A program made the position numbers and the translations under genes. The notes under the pieces were generated by a model, which made no database searches, was not told the origin of the DNA, and was given only the letters and a program-made list of their open reading frames with translations. A DNA stretch of 47,498 bases, from the NCBI GenBank assembly GCA_005878615.1, contig VBLT01000106.1, forward strand, positions 1-47,498. Direction: 5' to 3'. The DNA comes from Methanobacteriota archaeon. Its GTDB lineage: Archaea; Thermoplasmatota; Thermoplasmata; RBG-16-68-12. Below are positions 18,224-29,318 of the stretch, piece after piece. Each line of letters begins with the position of its first letter. Position 1 is the stretch's first letter.

Positions 18224-19156
18224 ATGAGGGAAGACATATTGGGTCCCCTGCGAGCGGAGTTGCTCACCCGCAGCGCCCTCGATTCCCTGCCCGAGGGCGT
18301 TTGGAAGCGCACCGGGGCACTCAACACATGGGGCACGAACGCGATCGAGGGGAACACCCTGAGTCGCACCGACGTAGAAAGAATCCTCCTGGAGCAGAAA
18401 TCCGTCGGGAACCGTCACCTTTCCGATGTGCTGGAGACGATCCAGCATGCAGCGGCCTTTGCAAATCTCCTCGAGCGGAGGAGGGACCCGATCCGGCTCA
18501 CCACGGTGTTGGAGCTGCATGAGGAAGTGTTCCGCGGCATCAAGGCGGACGCCGGTCAGTGGCGGCGGGTCAACGTCCGGATCGGGGGCATGAAGCGTGC
18601 GCCTCCTCGAATGGAAAGGATCCTGCACATGATGTCGACGTGGGAAGAGGAGTACAAAGAGCGAGACATGCACGGAGAGGATCCGTTCAGCCTCGGCGCC
18701 TGGATGCATTTCGACTTCGAGTCCGTTCATCCCTTCAGCGACGGCAACGGTCGAGTGGGACGGTTGCTCCTCAACCTGCATTTCCTCAAACACGGTTGGC
18801 CTCCGGTCCATATCCTCCCGCCGGACCGAGACCGCTACCTCCGCGCTCTCGTGCGGGGACACGACGGCAACCTCTCCGACTTAGAGGGTTTCCTCGTCGT
18901 GGCCATGGCCCGTTCCTTGCTCGACCTCCTGGATCAGGTCGGCACCCGCGAGGATGAACTCAAACCTCTGAACGCCCTCTCTAAACACTCGCCGTACTCG
19001 GCCAAGTATCTGAGTTTGCGCGCGAGCCAGGAGGAGCTCCCGGCTCTCAAGGCATCGGGAGATTGGCGCTCGAGTGAACGCGCCCTTCAGGCCTACCGCC
19101 ACCTCGTCGGCCGGACTACGAACCGACCGGGTCGGCCAGCCAAGGGCACCGGTTGA
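18224..19156 (+). CDS. Fic/DOC family protein
   Basis: Canonical HPFSDGNGRVGR; N-terminal TNAIEGNT inhibitory-type motif. Confidence 0.95.
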   Translation: MREDILGPLRAELLTRSALDSLPEGVWKRTGALNTWGTNAIEGNTLSRTDVERILLEQKSVGNRHLSDVLETIQHAAAFANLLERRRDPIRLTTVLELHEEVFRGIKADAGQWRRVNVRIGGMKRAPPRMERILHMMSTWEEEYKERDMHGEDPFSLGAWMHFDFESVHPFSDGNGRVGRLLLNLHFLKHGWPPVHILPPDRDRYLRALVRGHDGNLSDLEGFLVVAMARSLLDLLDQVGTREDELKPLNALSKHSPYSAKYLSLRASQEELPALKASGDWRSSERALQAYRHLVGRTTNRPGRPAKGTG

Positions 19157-19182
19157 GGTTCGAATCCCGCCCGCTCGACTTT
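19157..19182 (+). repeat. diverged copy of tRNA 3' end (att-like)
   Basis: GGTTCGAATCCCGCCCGCTCGACTTT, 22/26 match to 170-195; abuts the Fic stop codon. Confidence 0.7.
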
Positions 19183-19357
19183 TTCGTCACTAGGACTGCG
19201 CTCTCCTCGGGGCCTCTCGGCTTGATTCGGGCATCCGTCCGATTCCACTCACCAAGGGATTCAAAAACACAGGTGGGCCACGGAGTCTTCACCGGCGGGA
19301 GGTGGATGCCACTGCCGTCGTGGCGAGCCTGGCCAGATCCTCTTTATCTTTCGAGGG

Positions 19358-21106
19358 TTAGCCCACGACGAAAAGCTGCTGCACGTGGGTGTTCCAGATG
19401 AAATCGTTGAAGTTCGCGATGTACTCGCACGCGAGCCAGACCTCCCGCGGATCGCTGTACGACGGACTGGCATCGCAGTAGTCTCCATACCGACCCCCCT
19501 GTTCCGTGTCCTTCCCCGGCACGACAACCGTCGGCGGCTCGAGGACCCCCTTCGTCTGAGAGGCCAGTTTCAGCGTCACTGCCATGCTCGGATCCGTCGT
19601 CAAGGATGAGAAGGCATACGTCAGCGTCAGGTCGCCCGCGGGATCCAACGTAATCCCGGGAAAGTAGACGTCCTCGTCCTTTCCGCTGCTGAAATCAAAA
19701 TCTTGTGCGACGGCGTACGTGCCGCTCGTTGTCGTGACCTCAATGAGTCGGATGCAGCTGCGAAGGCTCGATCCCCCTGGGACGGTGCAGCCCGCGTTCG
19801 CGCCCCACCACGTGACGTCGTCCTGATAGACGCCTGTCGTGATGCGACCGTCATTCGTTTCCAACGACTGAGGCATGCCTGGCTGATCGCCGAACGGCGG
19901 GCCGGCCATGGGGCGAATGGTCAGGTTCGTGATCGAGACCGTGGCCTGCGGGGGCGTCCCATCCACCGCGAAGAAATTCAGGGTGTCGACGCCGCTCTCG
20001 CCGTGGGACGGCGGGAACACGCCGGCCATGTATTCCGTGGGCGAAGGCCCGTACGAGTGGGCGGGATGAATCGATGCCATGTTTCCGAAGGGCCCGAACG
20101 TCTGGAAGGTCACGGAGCAAAAGAGGCCCGCCGGATTCGTACAGCCCACTTGCTCGAGCGCGAGCTTGTCGAGAACCCAGAAGTACGCGCCCGTGAATCC
20201 GTCGACTACGAAAGCGCTGTAAAGGAACTGGTTCGTGCTAATCACGACCACGTGGTCGTTCACCCCGAGGAACGGCTGGTCCGCGAGGTTGAGAGGAAGC
20301 GGGTTCGGTATGACGTACTCGAACCAACTGCCGCTCGGGTCGCTCGTCTGCGACACGCCCAGGTAAATTTGGCTTGACACATCCGGTTGCTGGGTGTTCA
20401 GCGCGCCACATGTGACGCTGAGGATCGAGGTGAACCATCGCTGGGTGCCGTTGTCGAAGTAGACCTGCGGATCGGTGAGGAAGCAACCCGCACCCGAAGG
20501 GACCGTGAAGAAGTCCGTCAGGGTGAAGAACTTCACGACCTGCCCGCTCGTCGTCCAAATCTTCCCGGCCGTGTTCACCTCTTCCATCACGAATTGCGAG
20601 CTCGCGGACATCGTCACGTCGGGCGGGAGGCATCCGAAGGGGCTATTGTTCGTGCCGAAGACGGGCTGGAAGCAGGCGCTTTCCGCCCCGTTGATCCCCT
20701 CCAAGCCGAGGCCCGTTTGGTACTGCTTCTTTCCCGAGGGCAGGGTCGCCGTATTCGGCCCGGAACCGGGATTCTTCCCATGCGGTGAAGCTTGCGAGGC
20801 GGTCCCCGGGTTCGCCGGGCCCACGGTCTCGGGGGGAGTAATGACGGCGGTCACCGGGACAGAGCCCAAGAGACTGGACGGCAGTGACACTGCGGATGCA
20901 TGGAGGACGAGACCATTCGATCTAGGGACAGATGCGGCGGCGGTTCCATCGAAGACCCCGAATCCGTAGAGTACGACCCCGTTCCCGATTGCGGTCATCA
21001 GGAGCACGGAAACGACCAGCGAACCGGAAAAATCCAAAGTGCGGAGCCGCAGGCAAGACCATTCAACACGCGTCGGAATCGCGAGAGCCATCGACCCAAC
21101 CCCCAA
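19358..21106 (-). CDS. exported hypothetical protein, likely beta-propeller-like
   Basis: N-terminal hydrophobic anchor, PPD...VN, TDPQV.FD, VSQTSDPSGSW, RYGDY motifs; start uncertain. Confidence 0.75.
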   Translation of the reverse strand: MGVGSMALAIPTRVEWSCLRLRTLDFSGSLVVSVLLMTAIGNGVVLYGFGVFDGTAAASVPRSNGLVLHASAVSLPSSLLGSVPVTAVITPPETVGPANPGTASQASPHGKNPGSGPNTATLPSGKKQYQTGLGLEGINGAESACFQPVFGTNNSPFGCLPPDVTMSASSQFVMEEVNTAGKIWTTSGQVVKFFTLTDFFTVPSGAGCFLTDPQVYFDNGTQRWFTSILSVTCGALNTQQPDVSSQIYLGVSQTSDPSGSWFEYVIPNPLPLNLADQPFLGVNDHVVVISTNQFLYSAFVVDGFTGAYFWVLDKLALEQVGCTNPAGLFCSVTFQTFGPFGNMASIHPAHSYGPSPTEYMAGVFPPSHGESGVDTLNFFAVDGTPPQATVSITNLTIRPMAGPPFGDQPGMPQSLETNDGRITTGVYQDDVTWWGANAGCTVPGGSSLRSCIRLIEVTTTSGTYAVAQDFDFSSGKDEDVYFPGITLDPAGDLTLTYAFSSLTTDPSMAVTLKLASQTKGVLEPPTVVVPGKDTEQGGRYGDYCDASPSYSDPREVWLACEYIANFNDFIWNTHVQQLFVVG

Positions 21107-21301
21107 TCCATTATGCGCATCGGCGCCTTAATCCGAGGAGTGTCATTCGGGTTACTTGCCTACCGCCTGGATAGACTGTCTCCTTCCGCGGAACGACCCG
21201 CTCGGGCGATTTCGACGGGTTCGTAAGACCACGTATGCGGCGGGTTTCGGGTCAGGCCTCGACGCCGAAATGGTGAAGAACGAGGCTTGCTTCGAGGGGG
21301 C

Positions 21302-22165
21302 GTGATCGTCGTAATTGGCGCCACCGGTCACATCGGGGCCGAACTTATCTCAATCCTGTCAAGGGAAGGCGTGGCTGCCATCGCCGTGACCCGCGATGAG
21401 CGGAGGACGCCATTCCTGCCCGGCATACAATGGATGACGGCTGACTTGGCCGAGCCCGCTTCGACCGAGCGGGTGCTCCGAGGGGTACGCGACCTGTTCC
21501 TGCTGACGCCGAACGGGGAGAATCTGGCCGACCTTCAGATCGGCGCGATTCGCGCCGCCCGGGGAGCCGGCGTGGAGCGGATCGTGAAGCTTTCGGCCCT
21601 CGGCGCATCGGACCACTCTCAGTCTCCCATCGGAAGGGCCCACTATCAAGCGGAGACCGAGTTGCTCAACTCCGGTTTAAAGTGGACAATCCTTCGCCCC
21701 CATGTGTTCATGCAGAATCTACTCGAACAGGCACCGACGATCGTAAAGGAGGGAAGAATCTATGCGGCCTCGGGCGATGGAAAGATCCCTTTTGTCGACA
21801 CGCGAGATATCGCCGCCGTGGCGGCGGCGACCTTGACGAAGCCGGGACACGATGGAAGGAAGTATGTCTTGACCGGTCCCGAGCCTCTAAGCTACGCCGA
21901 CGTCGCCCGCATCCTCTCCGAGGTCGTGGGGCGGCCTGTCGAGTACGTGGCTCTCTCACTCGACGAAGCTCGTGGCCGAATGATGCAAGCCGGTGCACCG
22001 CTCTCGACCATCGAGGGAATGATTGCCCTCGCGGCCTACCAACGGGCCGGCGGTCCGACCGCGCTCGTCCACGATACGGTAGAGAGGATCCTCGGCCGTC
22101 CTCCTCGGAGCTTTGCCGAATTCGCGAAAGACCATAGACGCATCTTTCAGGGCCCTCCACAGTGA
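21302..22165 (+). CDS. NmrA-like atypical SDR (NAD(P)H-binding)
   Basis: VIGATGHIG, WTILRP..FMQN, FVDTRDIAAVA, LTGPEPLS. Confidence 0.9.
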   Translation: MIVVIGATGHIGAELISILSREGVAAIAVTRDERRTPFLPGIQWMTADLAEPASTERVLRGVRDLFLLTPNGENLADLQIGAIRAARGAGVERIVKLSALGASDHSQSPIGRAHYQAETELLNSGLKWTILRPHVFMQNLLEQAPTIVKEGRIYAASGDGKIPFVDTRDIAAVAAATLTKPGHDGRKYVLTGPEPLSYADVARILSEVVGRPVEYVALSLDEARGRMMQAGAPLSTIEGMIALAAYQRAGGPTALVHDTVERILGRPPRSFAEFAKDHRRIFQGPPQ

Positions 22166-22247
22166 GTGGCTTCCGTCGCGCAAGAGCGGATCCGACCCGC
22201 AGCGCTCGGGAGGAACTACCGCGCTCGAATCTCGAGGCGCCGCCTGC

Positions 22248-22829
22248 TCACCGGTTCTCTTCGTACGCCTCCTGCAGCCAATTCAGCACCTCGGAGTCTA
22301 GGTCGTCAGGCGAACGGAGGCCCACTTGCACCGGCATCGTATCGTGGATCTTCGAGGGTTTCAGGCGCCCGCCTGGCTTCGCGCCCTCCAGACGCAAGGC
22401 CACGTCGACCCGGTCCTTCGCGGACGCCTGCACTCGCGCGAACGTCCGCTTGCGGGAGACGAGCGAAACGTAGGTCTTGCGGGCCTGGACGGTCACCTCG
22501 CCGAGGGAAGTCGCGGCCTCGATGATCGCATCGTAGAGGGGGCGGAGGGTCGGTCGGTCCGCGTATTGCCCGCGGACCAGTTCATCGGCGCTTGCTACCA
22601 TGAAGTCCGGATACCCGAAGCGTTCCATCACGAGCAACGATTGGGCATATCCGGTCACGCCCTGTTTCGTCAACCAGGTGCGCAAGTCCGCTTCGTTGCC
22701 CAGCCGCTCCTTCCGAATCCGTCGGTTCCATGCGTCGACACCCGACCCGGTCCGCTCCTTCAGGAGACGGGCGGACATCTCCCGCATCTGCTGCCAAGCT
22801 CGGGTCTCCGGCACGAAGATCGCCAGCAT
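22248..22829 (-). CDS. DUF4287/DUF5655-like conserved protein
   Basis: LKERTG...W, WL...G...GYAQ, RKTYVSL...RTFA, EVLNWLQEAYE. Confidence 0.7.
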   Translation of the reverse strand: MLAIFVPETRAWQQMREMSARLLKERTGSGVDAWNRRIRKERLGNEADLRTWLTKQGVTGYAQSLLVMERFGYPDFMVASADELVRGQYADRPTLRPLYDAIIEAATSLGEVTVQARKTYVSLVSRKRTFARVQASAKDRVDVALRLEGAKPGGRLKPSKIHDTMPVQVGLRSPDDLDSEVLNWLQEAYEENR

Positions 22830-22880
22830 CGGCCAAGGAACTGGAGTGGGAAATAGGTACGGCCCCTCTGCAATCGACCG

Positions 22881-23498
22881 TCAGGGGAGCCGCGACACCT
22901 CGGCGTAGCGGAAGCAACTCACCAGATGGTCGTTGACCATGCCCGCCGCTTGCATGAAGGCGTAGCAGATCGTCGACCCGACGAAGGAGAATCCCCGGGT
23001 CTTCAGGTCCGCGCTCAATGCATCCGATTCGCCCGTGCTTGCAGGAATTTGCCTCAGGCTTTTCCATCGGTTGGTCCGGGGTCGGCCCTGCACGAACCTC
23101 CAGAGGTAGGCATCGAAGCTGCCGAACTCCTTCCGAATGTCCAGGATCGACCGCGCGTTCCGAATCGCGGAGGCGATCTTGAGCCGATTTCGCACGATCC
23201 CGGGGTCGGCGAGCAGCCGCCGGACCTCCCGCGAATCGAACGAGGCCACGATCGTGGGATCGAAACCCAGAAAGGCCTTCCGATAGGCCTCGCGTTTCCT
23301 CAGGATCGTGAGCCAGGACAGGCCCGCTTGAGCGCCGTCGAGAATGAGGAACTCGAAGAGCGTTCGATCGTCGTGTTGAGGCACGCCCCATTCCGAGTCG
23401 TGATATTCCATCAAGAGGGGATCGGGCTCCGCCCAGGCGCATCGCGAAGCCCGTTTCCCGGTGCGCCGCCTCGAAGGCACGCGCTTCCTTAACGCCAC
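22881..23498 (-). CDS. tag: DNA-3-methyladenine glycosylase I
   Basis: RCAW, YHDSEWG.P, QAGLSW.TIL.KR, GIVRNRLKI, GF.FVG.TICYAFMQA.GMVNDH..SC. Confidence 0.95.
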   Translation of the reverse strand: MALRKRVPSRRRTGKRASRCAWAEPDPLLMEYHDSEWGVPQHDDRTLFEFLILDGAQAGLSWLTILRKREAYRKAFLGFDPTIVASFDSREVRRLLADPGIVRNRLKIASAIRNARSILDIRKEFGSFDAYLWRFVQGRPRTNRWKSLRQIPASTGESDALSADLKTRGFSFVGSTICYAFMQAAGMVNDHLVSCFRYAEVSRLP

Positions 23499-23712
23499 GT
23501 CCTACATAAGGAGCGGATCCAAGGGAAATCGGTGGTCCGCGACCTGGGCGGTCTCCCCCGACGTGGCGGACGTGGCCGGGGACCCGGTTCGATCCGTCAT
23601 CGCGACGTATGAGATCACGCATCCATGGAAAGCGAAGGACATCCATTGACGCACCTAGTTACCGCTAGCTCTGAAGCGTTCAAGGGGGCCGGCCCGATAC
23701 TCCGAATACGGG

Positions 23713-24369
23713 ATGATGGAACAGACGGCCGGCGGCCGTTCACGTAGGCCGCTCCTCGAGGTCCCCAAGTGGGACTCTCTCGTGCGGGCGCCGCCCCTCG
23801 GGTCGCACGTCCTACAGGTCTACGAGGAGCCAAGGCGACAAGTTGAGGTCGCCAGCCTTTTCGTGGCCGAGGCTTTGGAGAGGGGCGAGCGCGTCTGCTG
23901 CGTCGGTTCGACCCTCGATACCGCCCCGATTCGGAAGGCCCTGGGGGACGCGGGCTTCGACGTCGATTCCCGCCTTCGATCGCGGGCGCTGCTGATCGCC
24001 AATCGACTCGTGGTCAATGACGAACCGAAGAGACCCGAGGAAAACTCCCCGCAGTCGGTCACTCAATTTCTTCACGACACGTTCGAGGGTGTGCCGGATC
24101 GATATCCGGCGGTGCGCCTCTGGATAAATCCGACTGACCGCTTCTTCGAGGACGGGCGGTTTGAACAAGCGATCGCGTTCGAGCAATCGTGTCACGAGCG
24201 GCGGGATGTGTTTCCATGGTCTCTCCTTTGCGCGTACGATGCTCGGAAGCTGATACCCGAGCGACACGCCGCCGCCTTCTGGGATGTCCTGAGGAACCAC
24301 AGCCATCTCATCCCCGCGGGGGAGCTCGGGGTCGCGCTGGAATTGTTCCCAGACGGAGGCGGCCCGTGA
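23713..24369 (+). CDS. stand-alone MEDS-domain protein
   Basis: HVLQVYE, FVAEALERGER, FEQ, LLCAYD, VLRNHSH pattern. Confidence 0.75.
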   Translation: MMEQTAGGRSRRPLLEVPKWDSLVRAPPLGSHVLQVYEEPRRQVEVASLFVAEALERGERVCCVGSTLDTAPIRKALGDAGFDVDSRLRSRALLIANRLVVNDEPKRPEENSPQSVTQFLHDTFEGVPDRYPAVRLWINPTDRFFEDGRFEQAIAFEQSCHERRDVFPWSLLCAYDARKLIPERHAAAFWDVLRNHSHLIPAGELGVALELFPDGGGP

Positions 24370-25184
24370 TCGACGTCCGCGAGGCGATCGAGGAGATCCA
24401 GGTGCGGACGGGTGACCAAGCGTATTGGCACGCCCTCGAGATGGTCCTCGGGACCTTGACCGCGAGGACGCTGCGATCCACCCTTCGTTTGAAGATCCGC
24501 GGGGAGGATCTGTCCGAGCGAGAGCGCGTTGCCAAGGGGCTCGCGGAAATATTCTCCGCGCAGGCCGCCACAGTCGAGAACCTTGCGCGGCGCGAATCGG
24601 CCCTGCGAGGACCGCGCCCGCGCGAAGCAGCCCTACAGGAATTGGAGATGCACAGCCACTGGGTCGATTTCTCGGACGCGGCGAATGAGACTCGACGGGC
24701 GATGGGCTTCGTCAAGCGAGGAATCGAACGAGGCGCGAAGGTCGTCGCGCTGCTGCCCTCGCCCGACATCGAGGCGTATCGCCGCGAAGTCGCGGGCTCC
24801 GGATGCGGCGAGGATCTCGACTCGGGTCGAATATCCCTAGAATCGGTGGACGACCACCTCGAGATGTTGAAGACAGCCGGCGTCCTCGCGATGCTCCTCC
24901 TCTCGATCCAAGGCATCATCCAGGTCGCGCGGGGCCAGGGATATCCGGAGGTCTGGTTGGTCGGAAAGATCGCGTCGTCGCTATTCGCCTCGGCGCCCCA
25001 GTACCCGGCCCTCACATTGCGAATCGAAGCGGCCCTGGATTCCCTGACTCGAACCCTCCCTCTCTCCCTGTACTGTCCGATGCCCGATCATTTCCCGGGT
25101 GAACCGGGATTGATGGCCATGTTCCTATCCGGCCACGGCTGGGCCTCGATCCTCGACATCGCGCTCGGGCCCCCGCCCAGTTGA
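24366..25184 (+). CDS. helical N-terminus plus divergent MEDS-domain protein
   Basis: HWVDF, FVKRGIERGAKV, ARGQGY.EVWLVG, IEAAL, LYCP; GTGA overlap with previous gene. Confidence 0.65.
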   Translation: MIDVREAIEEIQVRTGDQAYWHALEMVLGTLTARTLRSTLRLKIRGEDLSERERVAKGLAEIFSAQAATVENLARRESALRGPRPREAALQELEMHSHWVDFSDAANETRRAMGFVKRGIERGAKVVALLPSPDIEAYRREVAGSGCGEDLDSGRISLESVDDHLEMLKTAGVLAMLLLSIQGIIQVARGQGYPEVWLVGKIASSLFASAPQYPALTLRIEAALDSLTRTLPLSLYCPMPDHFPGEPGLMAMFLSGHGWASILDIALGPPPS

Positions 25185-25298
25185 CGACAGAGCGCTGCAC
25201 GCGGCATGTCCTAGCTGTTCATCCTGCCCACTCAGGACCTCCACAAAGCACCCGAAACGTGAAATCGGCGGAGCGGTTGGTGGGAACCGGGTCGGCCA

Positions 25299-26261
25299 TT
25301 GGCTTCGAAAAAGGTTCTGGATTGGTTGCTTGAGGACGACCAGCCCGCCGTTCAATACCTGACTTTGAAAGAGCTCGTGGGCAAAGCAGAAGACGATCCG
25401 GAGGTCCAAGCCGCGAAGGAACTCATTCCGAAGAAAGGGTGGGCCGCGGACGTCCTGGTCCGGCAGAATTCGAAGGGCTGGTGGGTGGGCGCCGAGAGCC
25501 TGTACCAACCGAAGTACCTCTCGACGAATTGGATGCTCCTCGTCCTGTCCGACCTCGCATTGACGAAGGAAGACCCGCGGATCGAGAGAGCCTGTGACCT
25601 CTGGATCCGTCGATACTCCCGGGCGGAAGGAGGTTTCGCCATCGAGCGCGACAAGAAGGCGCACCTGTGCACGACCGGCAACATGGCACGGGCTCTCGTC
25701 CGTTTCGGATACGCGGACCATCCTGACGTCGCACGAGCGTTCGAATGGTTCGTCGAGCATCGCGACAAGAACGGGGGATGGAGCTGCTTCGGGAGCGGCC
25801 GGAACCTCGATTCCTGGGAGCCGATGAGTGCGTTCGCCGTCTATCCGAAGAAGAAGTGGACCGAAGGGATGAAGCGGGCCGTGGAGGCCGCGGCCGAATT
25901 CTACCTGCAGCGGGAACTTCATCGCCAGGGGGACCATTACGAACCTTGGTATCGCTTCCACTATCCTACGCACTACTACTACGATCTCCTCGTCGGCCTC
26001 GATTTCATGACGGCCCTCGGATACGGGGACGACCCCCGCTTGAAGCACGCGTTTACCCACTTGAAGGAGAAGCGCCGGTCCGACGGACGGTGGAACCTGG
26101 ACGCGATTCATCCGGATGTCGAGGGCTCCATCGCGGAGTGGTATGCGAAGCATCCGAAGCACGCGCCCGTGCCGTTCGGAATTGAGGCCGCAGGCAAGCC
26201 CAGCAAGATGATCACCCTTCGAGCGATGATCGTCCTTGAGCGGCTGGAGCGGGCGAAGTAG
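25299..26261 (+). CDS. prenyltransferase/squalene-cyclase-repeat (alpha-alpha toroid) protein
   Basis: WLLE.DQPAV.Y, QNSKGWW, DKNGGW.C, FHYP..YYYDLL, RRSDGRW repeats. Confidence 0.75.
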   Translation: MASKKVLDWLLEDDQPAVQYLTLKELVGKAEDDPEVQAAKELIPKKGWAADVLVRQNSKGWWVGAESLYQPKYLSTNWMLLVLSDLALTKEDPRIERACDLWIRRYSRAEGGFAIERDKKAHLCTTGNMARALVRFGYADHPDVARAFEWFVEHRDKNGGWSCFGSGRNLDSWEPMSAFAVYPKKKWTEGMKRAVEAAAEFYLQRELHRQGDHYEPWYRFHYPTHYYYDLLVGLDFMTALGYGDDPRLKHAFTHLKEKRRSDGRWNLDAIHPDVEGSIAEWYAKHPKHAPVPFGIEAAGKPSKMITLRAMIVLERLERAK

Positions 26262-26279
26262 ACTCGGCGACCGCAACTC

Positions 26280-27881
<1,602 letters not shown>

Positions 27882-28026
27882 CCGGTCGTTGCCCGATCGA
27901 GGCGTTCGCGTTTGGAACGTATCAGCCTTGCGTACAGGACGGGTGGCACATCGCTCCACCTGACGGCTCCAAGCGACCGGCGATCGCCGGGCCAACGTCC
28001 TTGGCGACCCCGACCATCCTCGGCCC

Positions 28027-29307
28027 ATGCAGGCCGTGGAGCCAAAACCTATTGCCTTCGAGGGAGATGAGCCGGCGACCGATGGAGAGCCGAGGGGCGA
28101 GACCGTGACGACCCAGGTGACGTTCGCAAGTCGCGCGCCCGGTCCGCTCCAAGACCTCACCGAACGGCGACCCGGACTCGCGATCGACGCGTATCCGCTG
28201 GGAGGCATGCTCCTCCTCCGGTTCCTCGGGGATGCCGAGGGAATCGAGGATGCGCCGGAACTCTTGGAGTCCGATCGTGAGGTCCTCTATCAGAACCGCT
28301 CGGGGAAGGAGGTCACGTTCCTCCTGAGCGGAGGCAGGCCGGAGGAGGAATCGATCGCGTCGCTGGCCGCCGAGAACGCGCACGTCCTCCCTCCGATCCG
28401 CTGGCAGCGGGGCGAGGCCCTCATCACCCTCCTCCTCGAGGACGGCGCGGACCCGCGGACAGTCCTCGACCGATTCCCCGAGGCGCGCCTCGTGTCCAAG
28501 CGCCGCCCGGTCGGGCGCCAGGGAGCCATCGGGGCCCTATCGTCCCCGCTGTTCCTCCCGAAGCTGACGGAGAAACAGGCCCGGGCGCTGCTCGCCGCCT
28601 TCGACGCGGGCTACTACGAATTCCCCCGGAACGTGACGACGGAGGACGTGAGCCTGTCCCTCGGGATCGCGCGGAGCACCTTCGAGCAGCACTTGAACCG
28701 CGCCGAGCACCACGTCATCCGTGCGATGGTGCCGATGGTCCGGATGCGATCCGGCCGGCCGCACGGGGAGGCCCTCGAGGTGTACTCCAAGTTCAGCCGC
28801 GAGCTCGGCCTGTACGTCCAGCTGGAGGTCCTGGGCGACCGCGTCGCCGCCGTGAGCCTCGCGAAGAAGGCTTCCCCGGCCAGCCTCGGGGAGGACCATC
28901 CCTACCTCGCGCAGATCCTCGAACACGTGCGGACGGGGGAGGGGGACCTGCGGGACATCCCGCTCCACCTCGAGGTCGGCCCCTTCGAACGCGAGGTCTT
29001 GGAATTCCTGCGGACGATCCCTCCGGGCACGACGATGACCTACGGGGAAGTGGCCCGGCGACTCGGCCGGCCGAACGCGTCGCGGGCGGTCGGGACCGCC
29101 TGTGCCCGCAACCCGGCGGTCATCGTGATCCCCTGCCACCGCGTGGTCCCGAAGGCCGGCGGCCTGGGTGAGTACTCCGCGATCGGCGGGCAGGAGACGA
29201 AGAAGAAGCTCCTGGTCGCGGAAGGCTTTGAGCTCGAAGCCGACCCATCTCGGGCGCGCCGCGATGCCTCGAAGGCGAAGAAGTCGCGCCGGCGTTCGTC
29301 GACTTGA
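28027..29307 (+). CDS. HTH-10 (Bat/DmsR-type) regulator fused to O6-methylguanine-DNA methyltransferase
   Basis: LTEKQ..AL..A...GYYEFPR.......A.STF..HL.RAE followed in frame by TIPPG...TYGEVA, RAVGTA...NP, IPCHRVV; start could be GTG 28105. Confidence 0.88.
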   Translation: MQAVEPKPIAFEGDEPATDGEPRGETVTTQVTFASRAPGPLQDLTERRPGLAIDAYPLGGMLLLRFLGDAEGIEDAPELLESDREVLYQNRSGKEVTFLLSGGRPEEESIASLAAENAHVLPPIRWQRGEALITLLLEDGADPRTVLDRFPEARLVSKRRPVGRQGAIGALSSPLFLPKLTEKQARALLAAFDAGYYEFPRNVTTEDVSLSLGIARSTFEQHLNRAEHHVIRAMVPMVRMRSGRPHGEALEVYSKFSRELGLYVQLEVLGDRVAAVSLAKKASPASLGEDHPYLAQILEHVRTGEGDLRDIPLHLEVGPFEREVLEFLRTIPPGTTMTYGEVARRLGRPNASRAVGTACARNPAVIVIPCHRVVPKAGGLGEYSAIGGQETKKKLLVAEGFELEADPSRARRDASKAKKSRRRSST

Positions 29308-29318
29308 TCGGCCCGATG

